In this document: positions 50,794 through 61,144 of the stretch, piece by piece | How the letters are laid out: every line of letters begins with the position of its first letter | Numbering within the stretch: position 1 is the first letter of the stretch | Assembly: GCA_965203275.1 (NCBI GenBank) | Contig: OZ241865.1 | Span: 800,001 to 864,000, forward strand | Source of the DNA: Bdellovibrionales bacterium | GTDB taxonomy: Bacteria > Bdellovibrionota > Bdellovibrionia > Bdellovibrionales > JAUICD01 | Direction: 5' to 3' | Length of the DNA stretch: 64,000 bases | Notes under the pieces: model-generated | Told to the model about the DNA's origin: nothing | Databases searched by the model: none | Seen by the model: the letters and a program-made list of their open reading frames with translations, nothing else | Translations under genes and position numbers: made by a program

Positions 50794-51132
50794 ATGAGGT
50801 TTATCATGCAGAAAGCAGGTGGGCATCACATAACGCCTTTTAAGACATATCTTTGGGTTTACTTTTCATTGTTGGTATTGACAGTGGTAACAGTGGCTGC
50901 ATCCAGAGTCGATTTGGGAGCAAATATCATAAATGTTTCGGTAGCCATGTTGATTGCATCGCTAAAGGCTATGATTGTGATCTTGTGGTTTATGCATCAA
51001 AAGTATGAAACAAATTTGAATAGGGTTACTTTTTTCTTAGCTTTTTTGTTTGTATTTGTCTTTTTTATTTTCAGTAGTATAGATGTTTTCACCAGGGATT
51101 TTTTAATCAATACTTTCAAAAGTAGCCAATAA
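50794..51132 (+). CDS. Cytochrome c oxidase subunit IV
   Basis: LLVLTVVTV...IASLKAMIVILWFMH, following subunit III. Confidence 0.9.
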   Translation: MRFIMQKAGGHHITPFKTYLWVYFSLLVLTVVTVAASRVDLGANIINVSVAMLIASLKAMIVILWFMHQKYETNLNRVTFFLAFLFVFVFFIFSSIDVFTRDFLINTFKSSQ

Positions 51133-51243
51133 ACCCTTGTAGCAATGTACAACCTTAGGCGTTGAGTCGCTCTTATTTCAAAATAACCAATAAAATCATT
51201 GTAGTAAGTAGCAACATATAGTATATAGGTATAGGTTAAACTT

Positions 51244-52110
51244 ATGAAATTTGGAGGACATGAGACCTTTCACTTAAGAGATCATTGGATTTTCAAAGGT
51301 ATGAAAATGATCGAAGATTATGGTGATCTATTTGCTCAGCCTGAAAAATCTATAGAAGTTTTAGGCGTGGGAACCAACATGGTCAAATCCATAAAATATT
51401 GGCTTAGAGCCACTCAAATGATCACAATACAAAAAGGAAAAGCTATCAAAAGTCCACTTGGAAAGCATTTAAGTTATTTTGATCCTTATTATGATCAATT
51501 AGGTTCTGCTTGGATTTTGCATTATTTTTTGTCTTCTAACAAAGAGAATGCTACGACATGGTTTTGGTTCTTTAATAAATTTGGCGTCAGTGAGTTTACA
51601 GTAGATTCTATTATTTATCATCTTGAAAACTACTGCAATTCTGTTGGTAAAACGATCAAATTAAGTACTTTGACAAAAGACGTCCATACGCTCTTGAGAA
51701 TGTATACAAAGCCAGAATTTCATGGCAATAAAACACCTGAAGATATTCATATTTGTCCTTTATCCGGACTTTCTTTAATAAAGAGGCTTTCAAATAATTC
51801 TTATAGAGTTGAAGGCCCAGATATTGATGATTTACCCACAGAAATCTTTGGATACACATTGATATACTTTTGGAGGAATCAGTTAGAAGAAATATCAGAG
51901 TTTTCTTTTGATGAATTAATGAATAAAGATACTTCACCTGTAAAAATATTTTGTTTAAATTCTGACAAAGTGATTGAGCTTTTAGATAGACTTGTAGAAT
52001 TATTCCCTAAAACTTTTAGTATAAGTCGTTCTGGCGGTTTTTTTACCATTTCAGTACATCCTTCTGTAGTGGAAAAAAGTATCATAGGTTCTTATTATGC
52101 AAAACAATAA
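51244..52110 (+). CDS. sspB: DUF4007 protein, SspB-like nickase
   Basis: FGGHETFHLR..WIFKG, LGVGTNMVKSIKYWL, DPY...WILHY. Context with sspC/D/E. Confidence 0.85.
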   Translation: MKFGGHETFHLRDHWIFKGMKMIEDYGDLFAQPEKSIEVLGVGTNMVKSIKYWLRATQMITIQKGKAIKSPLGKHLSYFDPYYDQLGSAWILHYFLSSNKENATTWFWFFNKFGVSEFTVDSIIYHLENYCNSVGKTIKLSTLTKDVHTLLRMYTKPEFHGNKTPEDIHICPLSGLSLIKRLSNNSYRVEGPDIDDLPTEIFGYTLIYFWRNQLEEISEFSFDELMNKDTSPVKIFCLNSDKVIELLDRLVELFPKTFSISRSGGFFTISVHPSVVEKSIIGSYYAKQ

Positions 52111-55100
52111 ACTCAAAACACAAGGTTCACTGTCAAATAGACTGATGATCAAAGTCAAACAAAATATTTCTCGATCAACCAATATGAAAATTGACTTTGA
52201 AGACCCTCATTTTTTTAAACATTTCATCTTATCTGAAAAGTTTCAAAATAAATTTGTTTCTATAACAGATTCATTGATTGATCATACATTCAATCAAAAA
52301 GTTTACGTGATCTCTGGCACTCCAGGTGTTGGTAAGTCAACTTTTGCTTTATTGATCACTCGGTTACTTTCAAATAAGAATAAACAAAACCTGTTAAAGA
52401 TTATAGATCAACAAAAACATAATGCATCAAAAAAATTTATAAAAAACTATAACTTAATAAAGGCTCTGACTTACCTTCCTGTTTTTCTCCATGGTGATGA
52501 GGGTGAAATTGAAGATGCTTTTTATATGGCACTTAAATCTTCATTTGATTATTTGGGATATGAAAAAGAATTTGAAGAAGTATCTCAAAGTTCTTCTGTG
52601 AGGGCTTTAGAAATCATTGATCATTGGGAGAGTCATTATCCTCACAAATACAATGAGATGAAATCTTTTATCCAAGCAAAATGTGAGGATTATAAGGTTT
52701 TTCTTAAGTCACTTAAGTACAACAAAAGAAATGCACAAAAGCTATTTGCTCAAGCTTATAAACAAATAACAGGAGGGGCAAGCATGACTTCGTATAGGCA
52801 TGGTCAAGTGATAGACCTTTATCAAAATGCTTTGACTGTTTTAAAAAAGAAAAAAATAAATGGTATATTTATTGTTTATGATGAGTTTGGTAAATATCTT
52901 GAAAGAGGAGTTAAACAACCAAGTGCTTTTGATCTGCAATTTTTGCAAGATATGGCAGAGTCTTGTAATAAAAGCTCAGGTATGCATTTACTTTTGATCA
53001 CCCATTTACCTATCTCACAATATGCAGTTTATTTACCTACCACAGTTCAAAAAGAATGGACTAAAATTGAAGGACGCTTTTATCAGATGTCATTTAATAG
53101 CAGTTATGAATCCAGTTATACTGTTTTAGGTTCTGTTTTTGAATCTAATATACAAAAACAAAGCAAAGTATTTTGGCAAAAACTAAAAGTCTTTGTTGAT
53201 CAATGGATTTTACAGAACAAATCAACAGGTTGCTTTCCTGACTTATATAGAGTTCAAAAAATAACTCAAGTTGTTATGGGATGTTATCCTTTACATCCTT
53301 CTGTGTTGAGTCTACTGCCTTTACTCAGTGAGAAGGTCGCACAAAACGAACGTACATTATTTTCTTTTTTAACACAAAACGAAGAGTTTTCTTTAAATTG
53401 GTTTTTAAAAAGAAACACTCTTTTAGATAGTGATATGCACTTTATAGGACCTTATGAGCTTTATTTTTATTTTAAAAATACTATTGCATCTGATATAGGA
53501 ATAGGTGGAACTTATAGAATAGAACTTATGGCCAGTGAAGTTTTAAACTCATTAGATATTTCTCAGATATGTGAAAAAAATATCATAGCTTTGCTTGCTA
53601 TTGCAAAAGTCATTAATAACAAATCTATTATAAAGATCACACACTCTTCTTTAAAGAGTCTTTTATATGGTCTACATAAAGATATTGAAATTAATAAAGC
53701 AATTAAATATCTTCAACAAAATAAACAAATTATTTTTGACAAGGTTAGAAATGAATTAGTCCTCTTTGAAGGATCTTCCATTGATTTAAAAGAAGAGATA
53801 AATAAAGTAAAACAAGGTCATTTGACGACCTCGGGGTATGTTCATCTCTTAAAGAAGCACTTTGGTTTAAGCTTTGTAATCCCTAAAAAGTATAATTTTG
53901 CAAATGGAATAACTCGTTATTATAGAGAGAATATAATATCTTTAGAAGAATTAGAAGAACTAGAAAAACTAGAAGAAAAAAATTCAAGTGTTGATTATGC
54001 AAAGGAAGACGGCAGGGTTTACTATGTTATAGCATTTACAAATGCTGATATTTCGAAGATTAAAAACAAGCTTTGCAATATATATTTGAAGTCTTGTCTT
54101 TTTATTACTATCAATAGACCTCTTGAAATTGAATCAGAGTTATTAGAGCTACAAGCTATTGAAAGTCTTTATTCTCAAAAAGAGATGCTCACTTCAGGAC
54201 CCCTTGTGAAAAAAGAATTAGATCATTACAGACAGACAGTTAGAGACATTATTAAAAAATCTTTAAAGAAACTTTACTCAAATACACAGAGGGATGTTTC
54301 AGGATTTTATCAGGGTAAATGCTTAAATGATCACATCACACAATCTGTTGAAATTTCTGATTTGGTCAGTCACATTTGTGAAAAAGAATATAATAAATAT
54401 CCCCTGTTTTACAATGAGATGATCAACAAGCATAAGGCGAGTACTCCTGTTATTCAGGGTCGCATTCGCTTAATGCAAGCTTTTGATCGTTGTCATCTCA
54501 AGAGGTATGGCATTCAAGGAGGAGGACCTGAATTTGCTCTTTATAAAGCGTTATTAAGATCCAATGCTTTTGAATTTAAAGAAACTTCTGATAAATCAAA
54601 GTTATTTTTAGGGTTCAAAAAAGAAAGTGTATTGATTCCATTATTTGAAGATTTTTGTCATTACTTGAAAGCTTCTGAAAAATCACCTATTTTGATAGCT
54701 GATTTGATGGATCGATGGAGAAGACCTCCTTTTGGACTACGATTGCCATTGATTCCATTGTACTTAAATTTATTTTCAAGAATGGTTTCTTCTCCGATTA
54801 GTTTTTTTCACAATGGTGTCTTTGTTGGGAAAATCGATTTAGAATTATTTGAAAATTTAATGAAGCAACCTAAAAAATACAGTTTAAGAATGATTCATTT
54901 AGATGATGAAAAATTATGCTATCTAAAACAGTTGGTTGAAGTGTTTAGTAAGCCTATCCCTTACTTTCAACCTTTGACGGAGTTAAACTTTATAAGTGTA
55001 GCAAAAGTGATTTCACAATTTTATTCTTTAGTACCTGTTTATACCAGAAGGCATAAAAATTTAACAACAAGGCAGAAAAAGTTGGTTGCTGTTTTAGATG

Positions 55101-55918
55101 TATTTAGACAGCCAGAGACTTTTATTCTGGAAGACTTACCTCAAGTTTATACTCAAAAAGCTTATATGCATTTAAATAGAAATGAAAAGAATATTTTTTT
55201 GAATAATTTAGCAAATGATTTAGAGCAGATATTTTCTTTATATGTTCACTTGATTGAAAGGATAGCTCAACTGCAAAAGAATGCATTATTAAAGTTAAAA
55301 GTCATCAGTGGGTCGAAGGCTTTTGACGAGGTGAAGCAAGGATCACCTTTAGCCTTATATTGGAAAACTCTTTTAAATGAGTTTTCTGACGAGATTGTAT
55401 CATTCCCTTATAGTGAAAATACTTTGATGTTTGTTAATAGGATATTGCAATTGAGTAAAGATGCAAGCAATCAGTTAGTTGTGGAAAGTTTAGCAGATGC
55501 TCTGACAAGGGTTCACCCTAAGAGTTGGAGTGAGAAAGGTGAATCTTTATTTCAATTGAATCTTCAGAGAGCTGTGAGTGAGATAGAGCAGATTTACTAC
55601 TGGAAGTTAGGTGCCTTTGGTGATTTAGATGGTTTAGGTAGTTTAGGTGGTTTAGGTGGTTTTGAGGGGCAAGTAAAGCAAGTGATGATCTCAAGTTTTG
55701 AAAAGTCTGGCAAACTGGCAGTTAGGCAAATGTTAAAGTCAGATGTGTATTTAAAAAAGCATAAAAAGCTTATAGATTCTATTAGCCAGCTTATTGAACA
55801 TTTAGATGATCATGAAAAGAGTAGTGTTTTATTGGATATTCTAGGTAAAGTAAATAGTGAATCTTTTATACCATCAAAGATTACCCACAAAGCCAATATT
55901 GGTAAAAGCTGGGGTTAA
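52097..55918 (+). CDS. sspC: Large P-loop ATPase, SspC-like
   Basis: GTPGVGKST, IVYDEFGKYLE, EWTKIEGRF, YPLHP, QNERTLFSFL, PPFGL. Confidence 0.85.
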   Translation: MQNNKLKTQGSLSNRLMIKVKQNISRSTNMKIDFEDPHFFKHFILSEKFQNKFVSITDSLIDHTFNQKVYVISGTPGVGKSTFALLITRLLSNKNKQNLLKIIDQQKHNASKKFIKNYNLIKALTYLPVFLHGDEGEIEDAFYMALKSSFDYLGYEKEFEEVSQSSSVRALEIIDHWESHYPHKYNEMKSFIQAKCEDYKVFLKSLKYNKRNAQKLFAQAYKQITGGASMTSYRHGQVIDLYQNALTVLKKKKINGIFIVYDEFGKYLERGVKQPSAFDLQFLQDMAESCNKSSGMHLLLITHLPISQYAVYLPTTVQKEWTKIEGRFYQMSFNSSYESSYTVLGSVFESNIQKQSKVFWQKLKVFVDQWILQNKSTGCFPDLYRVQKITQVVMGCYPLHPSVLSLLPLLSEKVAQNERTLFSFLTQNEEFSLNWFLKRNTLLDSDMHFIGPYELYFYFKNTIASDIGIGGTYRIELMASEVLNSLDISQICEKNIIALLAIAKVINNKSIIKITHSSLKSLLYGLHKDIEINKAIKYLQQNKQIIFDKVRNELVLFEGSSIDLKEEINKVKQGHLTTSGYVHLLKKHFGLSFVIPKKYNFANGITRYYRENIISLEELEELEKLEEKNSSVDYAKEDGRVYYVIAFTNADISKIKNKLCNIYLKSCLFITINRPLEIESELLELQAIESLYSQKEMLTSGPLVKKELDHYRQTVRDIIKKSLKKLYSNTQRDVSGFYQGKCLNDHITQSVEISDLVSHICEKEYNKYPLFYNEMINKHKASTPVIQGRIRLMQAFDRCHLKRYGIQGGGPEFALYKALLRSNAFEFKETSDKSKLFLGFKKESVLIPLFEDFCHYLKASEKSPILIADLMDRWRRPPFGLRLPLIPLYLNLFSRMVSSPISFFHNGVFVGKIDLELFENLMKQPKKYSLRMIHLDDEKLCYLKQLVEVFSKPIPYFQPLTELNFISVAKVISQFYSLVPVYTRRHKNLTTRQKKLVAVLDVFRQPETFILEDLPQVYTQKAYMHLNRNEKNIFLNNLANDLEQIFSLYVHLIERIAQLQKNALLKLKVISGSKAFDEVKQGSPLALYWKTLLNEFSDEIVSFPYSENTLMFVNRILQLSKDASNQLVVESLADALTRVHPKSWSEKGESLFQLNLQRAVSEIEQIYYWKLGAFGDLDGLGSLGGLGGFEGQVKQVMISSFEKSGKLAVRQMLKSDVYLKKHKKLIDSISQLIEHLDDHEKSSVLLDILGKVNSESFIPSKITHKANIGKSWG

Positions 55919-56361
55919 GTTTCTTAAGCTATATAACTATATAGATGATTATGAAAAGAGTAGTGTTTTATTGGATATTCTAGGTAAAGTAAATAGTGAA
56001 TCTTTTTATACCATCAAAGATTACCCACAAAGCCAATATTGGTAAAAGCTGGGGTTAAGTTTCTTAAGCATTATAGCTATCTAGATGATTATGAAAAGAG
56101 TAGTGTTTTATTGGATATTCTAGGTAAAGTCAATAGTGAAACTTTTTATACCATCAAAGATTACCCACAAAGCCAACATCGGTAAAGGCTGGGGTTAGTT
56201 TTCTTAAGCATTATAGCTATCTAGATGATTATGAAAAGAGTAGTGTTTTATTGGATATTCTAGGTAAAGTCAATAGTGAAACTTTTTATACCATCAAAGA
56301 TTACCCACAAAGCCAATATCGGTAAAGGCTGGGGTTAGTTTTCTTAAGCACTATAGCTACC
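55803..56361 (+). repeat. Four tandem copies (139-140 bp) of the sspC 3' end
   Basis: TAGATGAT.ATGAAAAGAGTAGTG starts at 55803, 55942, 56082 and 56222. Confidence 0.95.
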
Positions 56362-56504
56362 TTGAGTCTGATTATTTTACAGTTTATTTTTCTATAAAAA
56401 TCTCTTATAGATTAAGAAGATATATTATTATGTTTTTAGATTCTATTTCATCTTAAAAGTTGACAGCCTTGATCTATAAGGCTTAGATTGATAGTAACCA
56501 AATT

Positions 56505-57221
56505 ATGAATAAGGAGGTATTCATTTTGACATCAACATCTGCAAGCCCTACTTGCCCACTTGGTCAACATCATGTCAATAACCACATTCGTCGTATTGGA
56601 AAGGGAAAAGTAACTTATGTATCTGCTCATTGTCGCAGAAATCCTAAAGGTAAAGAAAAATTATTATATGCATCTAATATAAGGCACATTTATAATTCTC
56701 GTCTTCAAAAAAATTATCCTAAGTTACCTGCTATTAAGGGTTTTAAAGGATTTCATCAATATGATCCAATGATTCAATTTTGGACTGAGTATTGGAAAGA
56801 GAAAGGAAGATTAATAAAAGAGGTAGATCCTTTATTGATTAAGGCGATGATAGCATCTGAGTCAAGTTTTCAACCAGGAGTGAGGACCAGAGACCCTAAT
56901 AGCACAGCCACAGGGTTAATGCAAATTTTAGATACCACTTTAGGAATTCTAAAAGGATTACCTGATGAGAAAGGTTATATTGAAGTTGATGAATATCCTA
57001 TTTATTTAGAACCAGATGAGAGATTAGACCCACTTGTGAATATAGCTGCTGGTATCCGTTGGTTAGGTCATAAGATAGAAATACTTCCTCGTAGATACAA
57101 GCCCAAGGATATATCTCAACTGATATTTAATGGTGTTAAATATTATCATTCATGGACTTTAGAAGGAGAGAACCATGCCAAGAAAGTTTTTAGGTATTAT
57201 AATGAAACACTTAAACAATAG
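56505..57221 (+). CDS. SLT-domain lytic transglycosylase-like protein with N-terminal Cys/His motif
   Basis: DPLLIKAMIASESSF (catalytic E-S), ATGLMQI, NIAAGIRWL. N-terminal CPLGQHHV..H.R...VSAHCR. Confidence 0.8.
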   Translation: MNKEVFILTSTSASPTCPLGQHHVNNHIRRIGKGKVTYVSAHCRRNPKGKEKLLYASNIRHIYNSRLQKNYPKLPAIKGFKGFHQYDPMIQFWTEYWKEKGRLIKEVDPLLIKAMIASESSFQPGVRTRDPNSTATGLMQILDTTLGILKGLPDEKGYIEVDEYPIYLEPDERLDPLVNIAAGIRWLGHKIEILPRRYKPKDISQLIFNGVKYYHSWTLEGENHAKKVFRYYNETLKQ

Positions 57222-57969
57222 TCATAATAGATTAAATATTATGAAGATTCAAAAATGCATGCAAATATTTCTTTTGATGATGACAACGATAGTCTTATTA
57301 TCATGTAGTCACTTTTTATATCATAAAAATAAAACTAAAACGACTTCAGATAAATTATCACAGAAAGTTTTTGTCGATGACAATGAAAAAACTCAGGAAG
57401 CTACAGAACAAGAAGATATCTATAAAATCTATGCTGAAGCTTATAGAGGGGTACGTAAAGAAATTTACTGTACTCCAGAGGACAAGCAAAAAGGTAAAAA
57501 AGAACTTGTAGATCACTTACATATTGCTTGTGGACTTACAAAAATTCAACCTACAAAAGATAAAACCCTAGAGATTCAACGTATTGTTTTAGGTATAGAA
57601 CGTCATAAGAGTTTCAAAGTTCAAATAGGACATCATCTTTTAATTTTAAAGTCTGGTAATAAAGTTTTAAAGAAAATACAAATAGAAAAAGATGGTTATG
57701 ATCCTTTTTGGTATGAAGTCGCTTTTGTGAAAATTAGAAAAGGTGTTTATTGGTCAGATATCAATAATGATAGTCATCTTGAATTTGCTGTATTAAGGAA
57801 AGATACAGGTAAAGCTGTGTATAGAACTGCTGATTTGTATACATTAAAAGATAATTCTTTTCATTTATATGGAAAGGGTAAGTATATATGGTCTATGGGT
57901 GGACATGTTTTGCTAAACTGTCCAGATTGTTGGGGAGCTGATCTAGAGGCCTGCAAAAAATGCCTTTAA
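57175..57969 (+). CDS. Hypothetical lipoprotein (likely start ~57241-57277)
   Basis: IVLLSC lipobox, DINNDSHLE Ca-loop-like motif, C-terminal CPDC...CKKC. Confidence 0.7.
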   Translation: MPRKFLGIIMKHLNNSHNRLNIMKIQKCMQIFLLMMTTIVLLSCSHFLYHKNKTKTTSDKLSQKVFVDDNEKTQEATEQEDIYKIYAEAYRGVRKEIYCTPEDKQKGKKELVDHLHIACGLTKIQPTKDKTLEIQRIVLGIERHKSFKVQIGHHLLILKSGNKVLKKIQIEKDGYDPFWYEVAFVKIRKGVYWSDINNDSHLEFAVLRKDTGKAVYRTADLYTLKDNSFHLYGKGKYIWSMGGHVLLNCPDCWGADLEACKKCL

Positions 57970-58124
57970 AGTATAAAAATAAACAGATGTCTTCACCTTT
58001 TAGTAATATTAAAATAGAAGCTCATATCGGTAAAAACTGGGGTTAATATTTGACCTTATTCCAAGGATTGCTTAAGATAAGCAATACACTTTAATTCTCA
58101 ACTATTACAAAAAGGGGCTAAGTT

Positions 58125-58946
58125 ATGGCTGGTTATTTAGATGTGGATAAAAAAGCTCGGCATATTGTGTCTCTGTCGGGTGGGAAGGACTCTACAGCCT
58201 TAGCTGTCTATCTTAAAAATAAAATCCCTCACGTAGAATATGTTTTTTGTGATACGGGTTCTGAACTGATTGAGACTTATGAATATCTCGATCGAGTCGA
58301 AGCTTATCTAGGCAAACCCATTGTACGCCTCAATAGTGGAAAAGTTTTTGAAGAATATCTCAATAAATACATGAATTATTTACCTTCCCCAATGGCCAGA
58401 TGGTGTACAGCAGAGATGAAAATTAAACCATACGAAAATTATATTGGCTCTGATAAATGTTATTCTTATATAGGGATCCGAGCTGATGAAAAACGGGAGG
58501 GTTATATTTCAAGGTTGCCTAATATTATACCTAAATATCCTTTTAAGGAAGACGGTATTGACCGTGCTGGAGTTTACAAAATCTTAGAAGACTCTGGCCT
58601 GGGACTACCAAAGTATTATGAATGGCGTTCAAGGTCAGGATGTTATTTTTGCTTTTTCCAAAGAAGTATTGAGTGGGTTGGATTGCTTGAAAGACATCCA
58701 AAGCTTTTTGAAAAAGCAGAGGAGTTTGAACGTATGGGATACAGAGGAGATCAAGTGAAATTTACCTGGGTGAAGGGCAGAACACTTGATTGGATCCGCC
58801 AAAACAAAGAGGCTATTAAAAAATCTCATAGAGAAAGAATGGAAAAAGCCTCTCGTAAAACAACTCACAAAAATATCCATGATGTATTTGAAGATGCCGC
58901 TAGCTTTGAGTCCTCTACAAAAGCTTGCGATATTTGCCATATATAG
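58125..58946 (+). CDS. sspD: PAPS-reductase family protein, SspD-like
   Basis: SLSGGKDSTA PP-loop, FCDTG, RWCT, GIRADE, RSGCYFCFFQ, C-terminal CDICH. Confidence 0.88.
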   Translation: MAGYLDVDKKARHIVSLSGGKDSTALAVYLKNKIPHVEYVFCDTGSELIETYEYLDRVEAYLGKPIVRLNSGKVFEEYLNKYMNYLPSPMARWCTAEMKIKPYENYIGSDKCYSYIGIRADEKREGYISRLPNIIPKYPFKEDGIDRAGVYKILEDSGLGLPKYYEWRSRSGCYFCFFQRSIEWVGLLERHPKLFEKAEEFERMGYRGDQVKFTWVKGRTLDWIRQNKEAIKKSHRERMEKASRKTTHKNIHDVFEDAASFESSTKACDICHI

Positions 58947-61031
58947 TTATTTGAGCCAGTCTTGATAAAGGGTGTCCCATATAGCATTGCCAAGAATCTC
59001 ACCTCTTTTGTCTACAGCACTTTCACTTAAATGCCCATCTTCTGCCATATCTTTAGTGCCGTAGTCCTCAGTGTCGTATGAGGTGATCTCTTTTAAGATT
59101 CCAAGATAAGGTAGTTCATCACTAGGATCATCTTTTAAGCATCTTTTATATTTTTCCTTTTTTTCAATAAATTTGCTATTGCTGACCTGACTGTTAATAA
59201 ATGGAGGAAGTAAAATCAGATTGCCAATTTGACCTATAGACTTATGGGCTTGAGGGATAATATGCTCCACTGTCCTATAATCATCACCATTCCACTCCTG
59301 CCATCTTAGAAATTGCTGTTTGGATTTTTTAAGAGATTTTGTCTCTTGATCAAAATGTTTATTGTGGAAAGCAATAAAAATAAGAAAGCGAGCTAATTTT
59401 GGGTTGTTATATATATCTACACCTTTAAAATTTTCAACCCATTTTTTCTTCATTTCATCTTCATTAATATCATCAGTCTTCTTTTTTCCTATATTTTTTT
59501 TAATTTTTTCTTTCAGTTTGTTTTTCATTTTATCTTTTAAAGAGATCACTTCATTTATATTAGAGAGTTCTTTGATAAGATCAGCATATTCTTTATCAAT
59601 ACCACCTGTTCCACCACCTGCAATACCTCTCCAAAGCCCTGTAAAGGCAACACAAATTTTCACTACTTCATCTAATTTTTCTGCATTGTCTGTATTGCTT
59701 TCTTTAAAATGATATAAAATAGGTAAGGGTCTATCATGTTGAATAGACTTTAAAAAGGCAAAACAGATTTGAGATTCTTCTGTTTTGAATAATTCAGACT
59801 GTTCTCTTTTTTCCCACTGATTAAGAATAAATGCATGTAAACAACGCATCTCTTCTAGGAAAGATTGTAATTTATTTTTATCAAATGTATTTTTATTCCC
59901 TATAATATCTAGCACCTTTTTTTTATCTCGAAAACTTGAAAATTTATCTTGTTTTAATCCCTCTGTCATAAGATTTAAGAAAAAGAGCAGGCGATCTGTA
60001 TATTTATTTTGTTTTATTTTTTTTATTTTTCTTTCACTTAGTGTTGTTTCAATAGCACCAAGCTTTTTTGCCTCTGTTTTATTTCTTTTGTGAACCAATG
60101 ATTTTAAAATTTCAAAAGCTGTTAAAGGCTCTCCTGTAGAATTCAAAGAATTAAATATATCTATAGCATAATCTTCTGCACCAGGACCTTGCACAAGCAA
60201 AAGGCAAAATTGACAAGATTTTAAGACATATTCTAATGATTTTATTGGATTTTTACTAATATCATGTTCCTTAAATTGGTCTGATATTTTGTTAAAAGTA
60301 TCCAGAGTGCTTTTATCTATAGGTGAGTCATAAGGTATGCAATGTAAAATAGATTTTTCTTTTTTAAAATCTTTCAAATCTTCTTTTGAATCTTCTGAAG
60401 AAGTACCATTACCATTTTCTCTATAGATTCTATCTTTAGTTAATTTTTCTTTTAGTTCTTCAACTTTCTCTTTATTTTTGCTTAATTGTTCTTTTAAATT
60501 ATCTCTCTTTTTTAATAATTCTTCGTGTCTTTGTAGTAATTCTTTTTTATCAGTATTAGTAGGGTTTGATTGTCCTATAGATTCTTTAAATATATCTTCC
60601 ATGCTTTTCTTTAATATATCAACTTCTTCTGTTATGTCTTGTTCGATATTTTTTATTTCTTCAAAAAAAAGTTTTAATAGAAGTAAAAGGGATGTGATTC
60701 GCTGTTGACCGTCAATGATTATATAAATATTATCGAGAGATTGTGCTTGAATATCTTTAGCAGCTATAATTGTACCTAGAAAAGCAGCCCTTTGATTTCC
60801 TTCTTTAATTTCTGTTATTGTATACTCTTTATTTTCTTTTATGGTATTAAGTAAGTCATTAAAATGATCGGCTTCCCAAGCATAAGGCCTTTGGTAAATA
60901 GGAATTTTAAACTTTCCTATTTTCAATAAATCCCCTAAGTTAATGAGTGGGCCTTGAGCTCCCTCCTCCCCTCCAAAAAAATAGATTTTATCTACTGTAG
61001 GTGTGTTGATACTCATTATAATTCTCCTCAA
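58947..61031 (-). CDS. sspE: DUF262 + DUF1524(HNH) protein, SspE-like effector
   Basis: IPIYQRPYAW, IIDGQQR, FNSLNSTGEPLTAFE, TVEHIIPQ...IGNLILL...N. Confidence 0.8.
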   Translation of the reverse strand: MRRIIMSINTPTVDKIYFFGGEEGAQGPLINLGDLLKIGKFKIPIYQRPYAWEADHFNDLLNTIKENKEYTITEIKEGNQRAAFLGTIIAAKDIQAQSLDNIYIIIDGQQRITSLLLLLKLFFEEIKNIEQDITEEVDILKKSMEDIFKESIGQSNPTNTDKKELLQRHEELLKKRDNLKEQLSKNKEKVEELKEKLTKDRIYRENGNGTSSEDSKEDLKDFKKEKSILHCIPYDSPIDKSTLDTFNKISDQFKEHDISKNPIKSLEYVLKSCQFCLLLVQGPGAEDYAIDIFNSLNSTGEPLTAFEILKSLVHKRNKTEAKKLGAIETTLSERKIKKIKQNKYTDRLLFFLNLMTEGLKQDKFSSFRDKKKVLDIIGNKNTFDKNKLQSFLEEMRCLHAFILNQWEKREQSELFKTEESQICFAFLKSIQHDRPLPILYHFKESNTDNAEKLDEVVKICVAFTGLWRGIAGGGTGGIDKEYADLIKELSNINEVISLKDKMKNKLKEKIKKNIGKKKTDDINEDEMKKKWVENFKGVDIYNNPKLARFLIFIAFHNKHFDQETKSLKKSKQQFLRWQEWNGDDYRTVEHIIPQAHKSIGQIGNLILLPPFINSQVSNSKFIEKKEKYKRCLKDDPSDELPYLGILKEITSYDTEDYGTKDMAEDGHLSESAVDKRGEILGNAIWDTLYQDWLK

Positions 61032-61144
61032 TTAATCCTTGAATTTTTCAAATGAAATAAATTATAATAAGTATGAAGCATAAATAAAAAACAAAGGCAA
61101 TAAATAACACGCTGTCACATAGAACATCAAGTCCTTTCAACAAG

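Noticed and set aside
55857..56045. 62-aa ORF after sspC
   Set aside because: By-product of the tandem duplication of the sspC end.
51244..58946. BREX type 4 or Dnd system
   Set aside because: No pglZ, brxL or dndD/E. DUF4007 and the PAPS domain are separate genes, with an SspE-like gene and a desulfurase present.
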